Shown here: in pieces, positions 38,775 through 47,775 of the stretch
Layout: the number at the start of each line of letters is the position of its first letter
Position numbering within the stretch: the stretch's first letter is position 1
Assembly: GCA_002450155.1 (NCBI GenBank)
Contig: DJYO01000032.1
Coordinates: 74-64,073 of the forward strand
Length of the DNA: 64,000 nucleotides
Source: Mageeibacillus sp. UBA6976
GTDB lineage: Bacteria > Bacillota > Clostridia > Saccharofermentanales > Saccharofermentanaceae
Direction of reading: 5' to 3'
Notes under the pieces: model-generated
Seen by the model: only the letters and a program-made list of their open reading frames with translations
Database searches by the model: none
Told to the model about the DNA's origin: nothing
Position numbers and translations under genes: made by a program

Positions 38775-40786
38775 TATCTTGTCCCCTTAAGCTCGATTAT
38801 TATGTCTCTGATCTCAGCAGCCTTCTCGAACTCAAGATCCTTGGCTGCCTGCTCCATCTCACGTGTAAGCTTATTAATAAGCTTATCCTTATCTTCGCTG
38901 CTGCCTGCAAATTCACCGCTTGATATGATGCGGACAGGATCAGCCTTGGCCTTGCCTTTGCCCCTGGTCTTGGATGAAGACTCCTCGCAAGACTTGGCAA
39001 CGATATCGAATACATCGCGCACCGCTTTCTTGACTGTATGGGGAGTTATGCCGTGCTTCTCATTGTATTCCTGCTGAATGGCCCTTCTGCGGTTGGTCTC
39101 GCCGACGGCGTTCATCATGGAATCCGTGACTTCATCCGCATAGAGTATGACCCTGCCGTTCTCATTACGGGCGCAGCGTCCTATTATCTGAACAAGGGAA
39201 GTCTCGGATCTTAAGAATCCTTCCTTATCAGCATCAAGTATCATGAGCAGGGACACTTCCGGCAGATCTATACCCTCTCTCAGGAGATTGATACCTACGA
39301 TAACATCGATCTCATCATTCCTAAGACTGTTTAATATCTGCATCCTCTCTACTGCCTTGATATCAGAGTGGAGATAAGTGACTCTTATATTCTCTTTGGT
39401 AAGGAATTCGGTAAGGTCTTCTGACATGCGTTTGGTCAGTGTCATTATAAGACTCTTCTCTCCCCTCTCCTTCTGATACTTGAGCTCACTCAATATATCT
39501 TCGATCTGGCCGTCGACCGGTCTTATGAATATCTCAGGTTCAAGGAGTCCCGTAGGTCTTATCATCTGCTCGACGACCTGCTCGCTCCTGTCACGTTCGT
39601 AACCTGCAGGAGTTGCAGATACAAATATAGTCTGTCCCATCTTTGACTCAAATTCATCGAACTTAAGTGGCCTGTTATCAAAGGCCGAGGGCAGACGGAA
39701 CCCGTAATCAACCAACATCTCCTTGCGGGCACGGTCTCCGTTATACATAGCCCTGACCTGCGGGATAGTCTGATGGGACTCATCTATAAACAAAAGGTAA
39801 TCCTCGGGGAAGAAGTCCATAAGCGTACACGGAGGTTCACCCTCCGCCCTGCCTGCTATATGTCTTGAATAATTCTCGATACCCTTGCAGAAACCGGTCT
39901 CATTGAGCATATCCATATCGTATCTTGTACGCTGCTCCAGTCTGTAGGCTGCAACGGGATCCCCCTTGTCCTTAAAGAAAGCAAGGCGTTCGTCCAGTTC
40001 TGCGTCTATGCGTTCTATGGCTCTTGCAAGCTTGGCCCTGCCTGTAGCATAGTGGGAAGCCGGGAATATCTCTACAAAAGACCTGGTAAACTCCGTTCTG
40101 CCGGTTATTGCATCAACAAAGCTTATCTTGTCTATCTCGTCTCCAAAGAAGCTTATGCGTGTTACGACATTCTCTGAATCGGGAGTCCAGATATCCAGGA
40201 TATCTCCCTTGCATCTGAAGCAGCCGCGCTTAAGCTCAAAATCATTCCTGTCGTACTGCATGTTGATGAGCTGCCCCATAACGGCATCACGGGGGATCTC
40301 AAGACCTACCTCCAGCATAAGCATGAGGGAGAGATAATCACTCTTCTCACCTATGCCGTATATACAGGATACAGAGGCTACGACTATAGTATCCTCCCTG
40401 GTAAGCAGGGACTTGGTCGCCTCGTGCCTCATACGGTCGATCTCATCGTTTACAGAAGAATCCTTCTCGATATAGGTATCAGTAGCTGCTATGTATGCTT
40501 CAGGCTGGTAGTAATCGTAGTAGGAGATAAAATACTCTACTGCATTCTCCGGGAATAATTCCTTAAACTCAGCATATAACTGGCCTGCAAGAGTCTTGTT
40601 GTGGGCAAGTATGAGAGTAGGTCTCTGGACTCTCTCTATAACATTAGCCATGGTAAAAGTCTTGCCCGAACCGGTAACACCCAGAAGCGTCTGGGCTCTC
40701 ATTCCCTTATTGATCCCGTCTACGATCTTATCGATCGCCTGCGGCTGGTCGCCTGATGGTTTGAAGTCTGAAACAAGTTTAAACAT
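38774..40786 (-). CDS. uvrB: excinuclease ABC subunit B
   Basis: GVTGSGKTFT, YYDYYQPEAY, DESH, GFRLPSAFDNRPL, C-terminal UVR domain. Confidence 0.98.
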   Translation of the reverse strand: MFKLVSDFKPSGDQPQAIDKIVDGINKGMRAQTLLGVTGSGKTFTMANVIERVQRPTLILAHNKTLAGQLYAEFKELFPENAVEYFISYYDYYQPEAYIAATDTYIEKDSSVNDEIDRMRHEATKSLLTREDTIVVASVSCIYGIGEKSDYLSLMLMLEVGLEIPRDAVMGQLINMQYDRNDFELKRGCFRCKGDILDIWTPDSENVVTRISFFGDEIDKISFVDAITGRTEFTRSFVEIFPASHYATGRAKLARAIERIDAELDERLAFFKDKGDPVAAYRLEQRTRYDMDMLNETGFCKGIENYSRHIAGRAEGEPPCTLMDFFPEDYLLFIDESHQTIPQVRAMYNGDRARKEMLVDYGFRLPSAFDNRPLKFDEFESKMGQTIFVSATPAGYERDRSEQVVEQMIRPTGLLEPEIFIRPVDGQIEDILSELKYQKERGEKSLIMTLTKRMSEDLTEFLTKENIRVTYLHSDIKAVERMQILNSLRNDEIDVIVGINLLREGIDLPEVSLLMILDADKEGFLRSETSLVQIIGRCARNENGRVILYADEVTDSMMNAVGETNRRRAIQQEYNEKHGITPHTVKKAVRDVFDIVAKSCEESSSKTRGKGKAKADPVRIISSGEFAGSSEDKDKLINKLTREMEQAAKDLEFEKAAEIRDIIIELKGTR

Positions 40787-40824
40787 ACATCTCTGCCTTG
40801 ATATGATTTATCCTATAGAGATTA

Positions 40825-40840
40825 TAGAACATTTGTTCCA
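40825..40840. promoter_or_regulatory. LexA (SOS) box upstream of uvrB
   Basis: AGAAC-ATTT-GTTCC matches Gram-positive GAAC-N4-GTTC, about 40 nt upstream of the uvrB start. Confidence 0.85.
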
Positions 40841-40858
40841 AAGCTTCAATAAGAGATA

Positions 40859-41770
40859 TCAGACCTGTTCTATCACGATCCTGCCGATAAAGCTCTTAAC
40901 CGAGGCTTCATCCGGGGCATCGGTTCCGTCTGTAAGAGCAGCTGCCTCGGAGCATGCCATGGCAAATTCAAATGCAGCTTTGCTGTCAAATCCGTTCTCC
41001 ATGCTGTAGCACATACCTGCGACCATGGAATCGCCGCATCCTGTGGTGCAGACAGGAGTAATAACCGAAGTCTCTGCCATATAGCAGACTTCCTCGTCGC
41101 AATATACAGCGCCCTTGCCTCCCAATGAGATTATCACCTTATCAAGACCTGATGAGACAAGCTCTCTTGCCTTGGATATCGCAGATTCAAAGCTGTCATC
41201 TATTCCCAGCTCTTCGTTATTGGGCTTTGCAAAGTAAGGCCCGGCCTCAAGAGCCTTGAAAAAAGGCTCGCCGGAACAATCGAGTATGGTCTTGCAGCCT
41301 TTTGACTTGAGCTCGGTTATAAGATCAGCGTAAATACTGTCCGGAGCACCGACAGGGAGACTTCCTGACAGGACGACCAGATCGCCTGCCTTGATACTCC
41401 CGAACAGTTTATCCTTAAGTCCGTTAAAGCCGGTCTGATCGAATCCGGGACCTACTTCATTTATCTCTGTAGTAACTCCCGTATCGTCAGATATCTTGAT
41501 ATTTGTTCTCGTAGTACCGGTAATGGGCTCTGATATGCAGTTCATGCCATATGAACCGATCATGGCATTTACTTCGGCACCTGCCCTGCCTCCCAGAAGG
41601 CAGCAGGCACAGTTATCTGTTCCGAGTTTGCCCAGAAGCTTGGATACATTTATTCCCTTGCCGCCCGGGTCCTGCCTAAGCAGAGTTACCTTATTAACGC
41701 TTCCTGAACCGAATTCAGGTGTTCTGTATGTCTTATCCAATGCAGGATTAAGAGTTAATGTATAGATCAT
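40859..41770 (-). CDS. 1-phosphofructokinase family (PfkB) hexose kinase
   Basis: TLNPALD, PGGKGINV, SGSLP, KPNNEEL, TTGCGDSMVAG. Confidence 0.92.
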   Translation of the reverse strand: MIYTLTLNPALDKTYRTPEFGSGSVNKVTLLRQDPGGKGINVSKLLGKLGTDNCACCLLGGRAGAEVNAMIGSYGMNCISEPITGTTRTNIKISDDTGVTTEINEVGPGFDQTGFNGLKDKLFGSIKAGDLVVLSGSLPVGAPDSIYADLITELKSKGCKTILDCSGEPFFKALEAGPYFAKPNNEELGIDDSFESAISKARELVSSGLDKVIISLGGKGAVYCDEEVCYMAETSVITPVCTTGCGDSMVAGMCYSMENGFDSKAAFEFAMACSEAAALTDGTDAPDEASVKSFIGRIVIEQV

Positions 41771-41771
41771 A

Positions 41772-42233
41772 TCAGCCTACCAAATGTATAACTATAGCAA
41801 CTACAAGGCCCAGCGCGCATCCTGCTGCGACCTGCGTAGGTGTGTGTCCCAGGAGTTCCTTAAGTTTCTCATCGTTGTCTATATCAGTACCGGTAAGCCT
41901 CTCTAAATGCTCGGTCATGATATTGAGGAGATGAGCCTGCTTGCCGGATTCAAGTCTGACGTTCATGGCATCGTGCATAACGATGATCGCAAGGATCGCG
42001 GCCAAGGCAAATATGGCGCTGTCGAATCCGCATTCAAATCCCACGGAAAGCATAACGGCAGATACAGTGGCAGAATGTCCGCTGGGCATACCGCCGTCAC
42101 CGAACAGACGCTCAAAACTGAATTTGCCCGTGATGATTATATTATTGATAGCCTTGAACACCTGAGCGATTATCCAGGAGATAAGGCCGGCAAATAATAT
42201 CTTATTGCTCAATAACTGCATTAAGTAATCCAT
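41772..42233 (-). CDS. divergent PAP2 family protein (DUF212)
   Basis: GGMPSGHSA, IVMHDAMNVR, ELLGHTP. Confidence 0.92.
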   Translation of the reverse strand: MDYLMQLLSNKILFAGLISWIIAQVFKAINNIIITGKFSFERLFGDGGMPSGHSATVSAVMLSVGFECGFDSAIFALAAILAIIVMHDAMNVRLESGKQAHLLNIMTEHLERLTGTDIDNDEKLKELLGHTPTQVAAGCALGLVVAIVIHLVG

Positions 42234-42256
42234 AAGGATATTTTACTCCAATCACC

Positions 42257-43531
42257 TTAATCGTAATAGTCAAACTCAAGATCGCATATCTTGACTGTAT
42301 CCCCTTCGCGGCAGCCTGCTTTCTTAAGATCAGCAATTATACCGGAATCCTCAAGCGTTCTCTGGAAGAAATTCATGGATTCGGTATCTTCAAAGTTCGT
42401 AGAGTTGAATATGGTCTTTATCCAGGCACCTGTAACTTCATAAAGATCATCGTGATAGACGATCTCATACTTCTTGGTCTCTTCAAAGCTGTATACCTTC
42501 TCCCCTGATTCAGCCTCATCATGAAGCTTGGTGGGAGGGAGCTTGCTTACCATCTCGGTTACCTTGTTGGTAAGCTCTTCTATACCGATACGGCCGGCTG
42601 CAGATACAACAAAGATATCCTCATATCCAAGGTCTCTTACCTCGTTTACGAACATCTCTATCTCCTCTTCGGAGGCAGCATCGCATTTGTTGGCAACAAC
42701 GATCTGCGGCCTTGAACCAAGCTCGGGATTAAACTCCATAAGCTCGTTATTTATCGCCTTGAAATCATCAATAGGATCTCTGCCTTCACTGGCAGATACA
42801 TCGACCACATGGATAAGGAGCCTAGTCCTCTCGATGTGGCGAAGGAAATCATGTCCAAGACCTGCGCCTTCGTGAGCGTTCTCTATGATGCCGGGGATAT
42901 CAGCTATAACATAGCTCATATCATAATTGGATACTACGCCTAATACAGGTTCAAGTGTAGTAAACGGATAGTCTGCGATCTTGGGCTTGGCTCTCGTCAT
43001 AACAGACAGGAGCGTAGACTTGCCTGCATTTGGGAAACCTACAAGTCCGCAGTCTGCAATGAGCTTAAGCTCAACATAGAGATTGCGCTCCTCTCCCGGA
43101 AGACCGGGAGTTGCAAATTGGGGGGCCTGCCTTACGGAGTTGGCATAATGCATATTGCCAAGACCGCCCTTGCCTCCCCTTGCAACGACTATTTCCTGAC
43201 CATCCTCGGTAAAGTCGGCAACTATCCTGCCTGTCTCGATATCACGAATAAGAGTTCCTACCGGAACACCTATAACAAGATCCTTGCCGTTCCTGCCGTA
43301 CATCTTGCGGCCGGAACCCTTAACACCATTCTCAGCCACGAACTTGTGCTTGAATCTGAAGTTTGCAAGGCTGGTAAGATTAGAAGAAGCCTTGAATACG
43401 ATATTACCGCCCCTGCCGCCGTCGCCGCCGTCAGGTCCGCCGTTGGTAATATATTTCTCAGTGTGGAAGCTGAGAGCTCCCGCTCCGCCGTCACCGGCCT
43501 TAACATAGATCTTAGAGTGGTCTATAAACAT
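42257..43531 (-). CDS. obgE: GTPase ObgE
   Basis: Gly-rich Obg fold, GFPNAGKS, YPFTTL, DIPG, ANKCD, C-terminal DUF1967. Confidence 0.97.
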   Translation of the reverse strand: MFIDHSKIYVKAGDGGAGALSFHTEKYITNGGPDGGDGGRGGNIVFKASSNLTSLANFRFKHKFVAENGVKGSGRKMYGRNGKDLVIGVPVGTLIRDIETGRIVADFTEDGQEIVVARGGKGGLGNMHYANSVRQAPQFATPGLPGEERNLYVELKLIADCGLVGFPNAGKSTLLSVMTRAKPKIADYPFTTLEPVLGVVSNYDMSYVIADIPGIIENAHEGAGLGHDFLRHIERTRLLIHVVDVSASEGRDPIDDFKAINNELMEFNPELGSRPQIVVANKCDAASEEEIEMFVNEVRDLGYEDIFVVSAAGRIGIEELTNKVTEMVSKLPPTKLHDEAESGEKVYSFEETKKYEIVYHDDLYEVTGAWIKTIFNSTNFEDTESMNFFQRTLEDSGIIADLKKAGCREGDTVKICDLEFDYYD

Positions 43532-43541
43532 AATTCACCTT

Positions 43542-43582
43542 AAAAAAGAAGAGCAGCCTTCAAAAATTGACAGACTGCTCTT
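43542..43582 (-). terminator. intrinsic terminator after rpmA
   Basis: Minus strand AAGAGCAG...CTGCTCTT followed by CTTTTTT. Confidence 0.65.
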
Positions 43583-43606
43583 AAGAATCACTTTAAAGCT
43601 TTATCC

Positions 43607-43888
43607 TTAAGCTACAGGATAAACGCTTACCTGCTTCTTATCCTTGCCGAGACGCTCGTACTTAACTGCACCATCAACCTTGGCATAGAGTGTATCGTCA
43701 GAACCGATACCAACGTTTGTGCCGGGATGGATCTTAGTGCCACGCTGTCTTACAAGAATGTTGCCGGCGAGAACGAGCTGTCCGTCGCCTTTCTTCGCAC
43801 CAAGTCTCTTGGACTGGGACTCACGACCGTTCTTGGTGGAACCCATTCCCTTCTTATGAGCGAAGAGCTGTAAATTCATCTTAAGCAT
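43607..43888 (-). CDS. rpmA: 50S ribosomal protein L27 with Prp-cleaved N-terminal extension
   Basis: MLKMNLQLF|[15 protein letters not shown]. Confidence 0.98.
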   Translation of the reverse strand: MLKMNLQLFAHKKGMGSTKNGRESQSKRLGAKKGDGQLVLAGNILVRQRGTKIHPGTNVGIGSDDTLYAKVDGAVKYERLGKDKKQVSVYPVA

Positions 43889-43890
43889 TG

Positions 43891-44262
43891 TTACACCTCC
43901 GGTGTCTTTGAGTTAATAATCTCAATAAATCTGTTGTCCTCTTCGTTGTAGGAAGATGCTAAGGTTATAAGTCCTAACTCCAGTGTCCTCATTATGACCT
44001 GTGCTCTGGACTTAGCCTCTTCGTTCCCCTTATCAGGGAGCACGATCGAAGCATTTACCTCATTTGTGTCCTCACCGGATAACCGGAAGAATTCCTCGTT
44101 ATCGTAGCCGCAGATATCTTCGAGAGCATTAGCTGCCGTATAGATAAGAGCAGAAGCTGCGGCACAAATGATATCATTGCCTGAACTGGCATAACCTGAA
44201 TGTCCGTTTAAGCTTATCAGCCTTATATCCGAACCTTCCCTGTCAACGATCGCTTTAATCAT
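43891..44262 (-). CDS. prp: ribosomal-processing cysteine protease
   Basis: GHSGY...DIICAAAS; lies between rplU and rpmA. Confidence 0.92.
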   Translation of the reverse strand: MIKAIVDREGSDIRLISLNGHSGYASSGNDIICAAASALIYTAANALEDICGYDNEEFFRLSGEDTNEVNASIVLPDKGNEEAKSRAQVIMRTLELGLITLASSYNEEDNRFIEIINSKTPEV

Positions 44263-44564
44263 TAAGCATTGATCGCGGATACGCGAACTCTTGTGTAAGG
44301 CTGTCTGTGGCCGTTCTTACGGCGGTAGCCCTTCTTTGCCTTGTACTTAGCTACAACGATCTTCTTGTTCTTGCCCTGCTTAACGATCTCACCTGTTACG
44401 GTAGCCTTGATGTCACCGGCCTTGATGCCGTTATCATCAGAAATAGCAAGAACTTCATCGAAAGTAACCTGGCTGCCCTCGTCGCCTTCGAGCTTCTCAA
44501 CGAAGATCTCGTCACCGACCTCAACCTTGTACTGCTTTCCACCAGTCTTGATTACTGCGTACAT
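44262..44564 (-). CDS. rplU: 50S ribosomal protein L21
   Basis: [14 protein letters not shown]...GHRQPYT. Confidence 0.98.
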   Translation of the reverse strand: MYAVIKTGGKQYKVEVGDEIFVEKLEGDEGSQVTFDEVLAISDDNGIKAGDIKATVTGEIVKQGKNKKIVVAKYKAKKGYRRKNGHRQPYTRVRVSAINA

Positions 44565-44579
44565 TTAAGTTTCCTCCTG

Positions 44580-44665
44580 TTCTTCCAGTCTCGCTGCTAT
44601 CCTAAGGCAGTGTCTGAACACATAAATTCAGGCACATTTAGACGCCCGGCACATGCGGTCACCTG
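44580..44665 (-). ncRNA. L21 leader (putative autoregulatory 5' UTR)
   Basis: Structured UTR GACCGCATGTGCCGGGCGTC...GCGAGACT between the promoter and the rplU RBS; position and motifs resemble the Firmicutes L21 leader. Confidence 0.65.
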
Positions 44666-44668
44666 CGT

Positions 44669-44697
44669 ATAATACACTTTGGAACCTTTAAAGTCAA
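44669..44697 (-). promoter_or_regulatory. sigma-A promoter of the rplU operon
   Basis: TTGACT-N17-TATTAT. Confidence 0.75.
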
Positions 44698-44987
44698 TTG
44701 TTAATTGCTATTTCCAAGCAAGTCATTAACTTGTACTTGTGAAACCACCCCACAAGCCTTCATTTATCGATTGTTTTTCCCGAGAACTAAGGACAATGCA
44801 TTTAAAGCATTATGGCACAATCGTATCAATATTCATTATTAAAGTATTAATTCTTATTCTTATTGACAATTCTTCACAGATATTAATCATGTCATTTCTC
44901 TACCTTTATAATAATACTATAATAAACCCAAAAATCATACAAATAAGCGCATATCAAATTAAGCAAAGCGATATTCCCACCTATACT

Positions 44988-45527
44988 TCAGGTCGGAAAT
45001 ACTATTCCACGAGGTATATATGTATCTATCGCATATTCAAGAAAATATCTCTCATCATCGATTATTGTTTGGATATAAAGATAGTACACTGCGCCATCTT
45101 GAACCTGCAGAACCTCATTATTAATCACAAAGCATTTTTGCCTGTAAGTTCCATACTCCGTATCATGACTCCATTCTTCGTTTATATTGCCCTCACCTTC
45201 AGAAATAGTATTACCGTCTTCATCTGTTAATGTATACTTCTCAATCACTATTCTGCTATCAATATCATCATATTCTTCTTGTGTAAACACTTCTATCCAA
45301 AAAGTATAATCGTTATTAGTGTCATCAGAACTTGTACTTTTAATATAAGGAAGCACTGTATAAGAATTAATATTATATTGAGTTGGTATTTCATATGTTT
45401 TGTTCGGGTCTTGATATGTTATAGGGTAACCGTCAACCGAGAACTGTGCAAAATAACTAGTAACTTTACAACCAACACATAGTAAGCCGAAAATTAAGGG
45501 GAAAAACACAATCATTTGTTTTCTCAT
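44988..45527 (-). CDS. AT-rich hypothetical lipoprotein
   Basis: Start reassigned to ATG 45527 (AAGGAG RBS); MRKQMIVFFPLIFGLLCVG|C lipobox-like; AT-rich codon usage. Confidence 0.75.
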   Translation of the reverse strand: MRKQMIVFFPLIFGLLCVGCKVTSYFAQFSVDGYPITYQDPNKTYEIPTQYNINSYTVLPYIKSTSSDDTNNDYTFWIEVFTQEEYDDIDSRIVIEKYTLTDEDGNTISEGEGNINEEWSHDTEYGTYRQKCFVINNEVLQVQDGAVYYLYIQTIIDDERYFLEYAIDTYIPRGIVFPT

Positions 45528-45617
45528 GATTAATCTCTCCTTTCGTTGCCCCAAAGCCAGTATGGGAAAACATCAAACAAGAAATGACCTATGTATTGAA
45601 TTATTAAATTTGTATAG

Positions 45618-47708
45618 TCAGTCAACATAAGAAGCGGTAGATACTGCATGGTCATCTACGAGAATGGATATCTCATTACCGTTAGGGCTTACATATACTC
45701 CGATGGAGTTGCTGTCATATGTGCTCCCATGAGGAACGACATAAAACCCTAACCAGCCGCCTGCATCTCTATTGTCCAAAGACATAGTAAAACGGCCGTT
45801 AAAGGAATAGTCAGGAGAAAACTTGCGGCTGCCAAGGAATCTTGCAGAGGCACTTGTCCAGTTAACTGCGTTCAAAAATGAGATCCTTGTCTCATTCATG
45901 GTAATACTGCCACTTAGATTCCAGTCTTCGTCGTCAAAGAGTTCTCTATATCCGCAAACCTGCATATCTCCTTCAGAGAATGGATAGTATCCGATATCTA
46001 CAGGAGTAGGGGTTGGCATTTCAGTGGGTTCCGCTGTCGGAGTCAGTGTATCAGTTACTGTGGGCTCACTTGTAGGCGTGGGAGTATCAGTTGGGATCAC
46101 TGTTGGCTCTGGTGTAACAGTGGGTTCTTCCGTCGGTGTCGGTGTTGCGGTTGGTGTATCTGTAGGAGTAGGCTCTTCAGTTGGTGTCGGAGCTTCAGTC
46201 GGTGTTGACGTAGGCTCTGCTGTAACAGTAATGGTATCACTGTCTAATACGAAAGTTCCATAAGGAAGCTCTACATAAGCTTCTAATGTATATATTCCGT
46301 CAGAATCAGTATTAAGGTTATATCTGATCGGATCTTCCTCGTTATCGGGTATCGTGACTTCTACATTGGTTCCGTTAAGTCTATAAAAAATCTCATATAC
46401 ATTATCCCGCGGTATCTCTATCGTGAAGTATGCTGTCTGTCCTTCAGTTACCTGACTGCTTGAAGCAGTTACGGTCACCTGCGGAAGCTCTGAAACCAAT
46501 TGCAGATCTGACGGGTCTGCCGTTACATTAAGGATAGAACCGTTATAACTGAACTTATCAGCTACTATTCTTCCGTTCAGTGTAGTGTTGTAAGCATTAA
46601 TAGAGACTCTGCCGTTAGGTGCATAGAGGATACCGTTTACTTCTATCTGTGTTCCGTTTATGGTTATATTTCCTTCTTCGGAATACAGAAGTATCCTTCC
46701 GGTTGCTTCTTCGCCTGCATTAAGTGAGTTTACGTTATAAGTTATATCTCCATGTGCTACTATAACGGCATCACCTGTAAATTCAGCACCGTTTATGGTT
46801 ATATTACCGTTCGTATAGTAGTAACCGTTAGCTATTACGCTGTCCTGAGCTGTAAGGTCTGTCTCAGATATAGAGGGCATATCGTCTTCTTTAGCAAAGA
46901 TAGATAAAGACCAATCAGGTATCGTTAAAGGCTGAATATGCTCTTGGGCGCCTGTCATGGAGGTTTTCCAGCCGGAAGGATTTACGATACCTACTGTTCT
47001 GGCGAAACCTGTCATGGTCAGTTCTGAACCCTGATACAGAAAGTCCTTACCTGAATAGATATCTCCTACGATATCTGACTTCCAGCCTTGGAATACGAAA
47101 TCGTCTGTTGTACTTGCAGAGAAGATAGCATAAGGAAATACTTCAGTCTGCTCTTCAGACGGAGTAGGAGTTACTGTGACTGTAGGCGTGTTTGTAGGCT
47201 CTTCAGTCGGTTCACTTGTAGGTGTAGGATCTTCTGTAGGAGTTGGTGTCGGAGTGACATTTGGCTGAGAAGATACATAATCTAATGCCGTGACAGATAC
47301 AGGAGATATAGGACTACTGTCCTGACCTTCTACTATTAGTCCGAAAGTATAAGTCTGACCTGACTCAATAGTGGAATTACTTGATACTATTACATTACCA
47401 TCTGTGACTGCACCTGAAACATTCCAGATATTTGTAAGTGATACATCGTAAAGATAATCTATCTCAAGAGACCAGGATGTAATGTCGTATGCTGAAGTAT
47501 TTGTTACTTCAAACTGACCTTGTGTGCTATTGCCCCAGGTAGAGTTTTGTTCATATGTGACAGTAAAGGGTGAAGATGTATATTCGCCGTGGGTAGCTGA
47601 ATCTGCAGAAAGCTCGCGCCAAGGGAGAAATCCTGCAAGGAGAGCTGCAATGAGGATGGCACTGACGATCCTGATTTTTCTGCTGAAATAACTATCCATG
47701 AATAACAC
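45618..47708 (-). CDS. secreted CBM2-containing multidomain protein, probably C-terminally truncated
   Basis: Signal peptide; CBM2-like domain (W..S..G.F.VTN...SW...IWN...TFG); two PT/PTE linkers; beta-helix-like domain (NGILYAPNG); Ig-like domain; partial lectin-like domain at the end. Confidence 0.75.
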   Translation of the reverse strand: MLFMDSYFSRKIRIVSAILIAALLAGFLPWRELSADSATHGEYTSSPFTVTYEQNSTWGNSTQGQFEVTNTSAYDITSWSLEIDYLYDVSLTNIWNVSGAVTDGNVIVSSNSTIESGQTYTFGLIVEGQDSSPISPVSVTALDYVSSQPNVTPTPTPTEDPTPTSEPTEEPTNTPTVTVTPTPSEEQTEVFPYAIFSASTTDDFVFQGWKSDIVGDIYSGKDFLYQGSELTMTGFARTVGIVNPSGWKTSMTGAQEHIQPLTIPDWSLSIFAKEDDMPSISETDLTAQDSVIANGYYYTNGNITINGAEFTGDAVIVAHGDITYNVNSLNAGEEATGRILLYSEEGNITINGTQIEVNGILYAPNGRVSINAYNTTLNGRIVADKFSYNGSILNVTADPSDLQLVSELPQVTVTASSSQVTEGQTAYFTIEIPRDNVYEIFYRLNGTNVEVTIPDNEEDPIRYNLNTDSDGIYTLEAYVELPYGTFVLDSDTITVTAEPTSTPTEAPTPTEEPTPTDTPTATPTPTEEPTVTPEPTVIPTDTPTPTSEPTVTDTLTPTAEPTEMPTPTPVDIGYYPFSEGDMQVCGYRELFDDEDWNLSGSITMNETRISFLNAVNWTSASARFLGSRKFSPDYSFNGRFTMSLDNRDAGGWLGFYVVPHGSTYDSNSIGVYVSPNGNEISILVDDHAVSTASYVD
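45995..46229 (-). repeat. Pro/Thr/Glu-rich linker repeats (TPTEEP-like)
   Basis: TAEPTSTPTEAPTPTEEPTPTDTPTATPTPTEEP...; a second, shorter linker near 47150-47265. Confidence 0.85.
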
Positions 47709-47775
47709 CCTTCAATAATCTTTGATTATTAGATTATAGTTAGGGGGCAGTAAATAAGTCAACAATTATATATGC

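Noticed and set aside
44790-44890. Short minus-strand ORF (MINICEELSIR...) in the AT-rich gap
   Set aside because: Only 26 codons before a stop and no recognisable motif; a decayed remnant cannot be supported.
44739-45230. 163-aa plus-strand ORF
   Set aside because: Ile-rich shadow of AT-rich DNA, overlapping the minus-strand lipoprotein gene; no convincing RBS.
45995-47265. Periodic GTAGG/GTCGG sequence as a CRISPR or DNA-level array
   Set aside because: Explained by codons of Pro-Thr linkers; no constant repeat with unique spacers.
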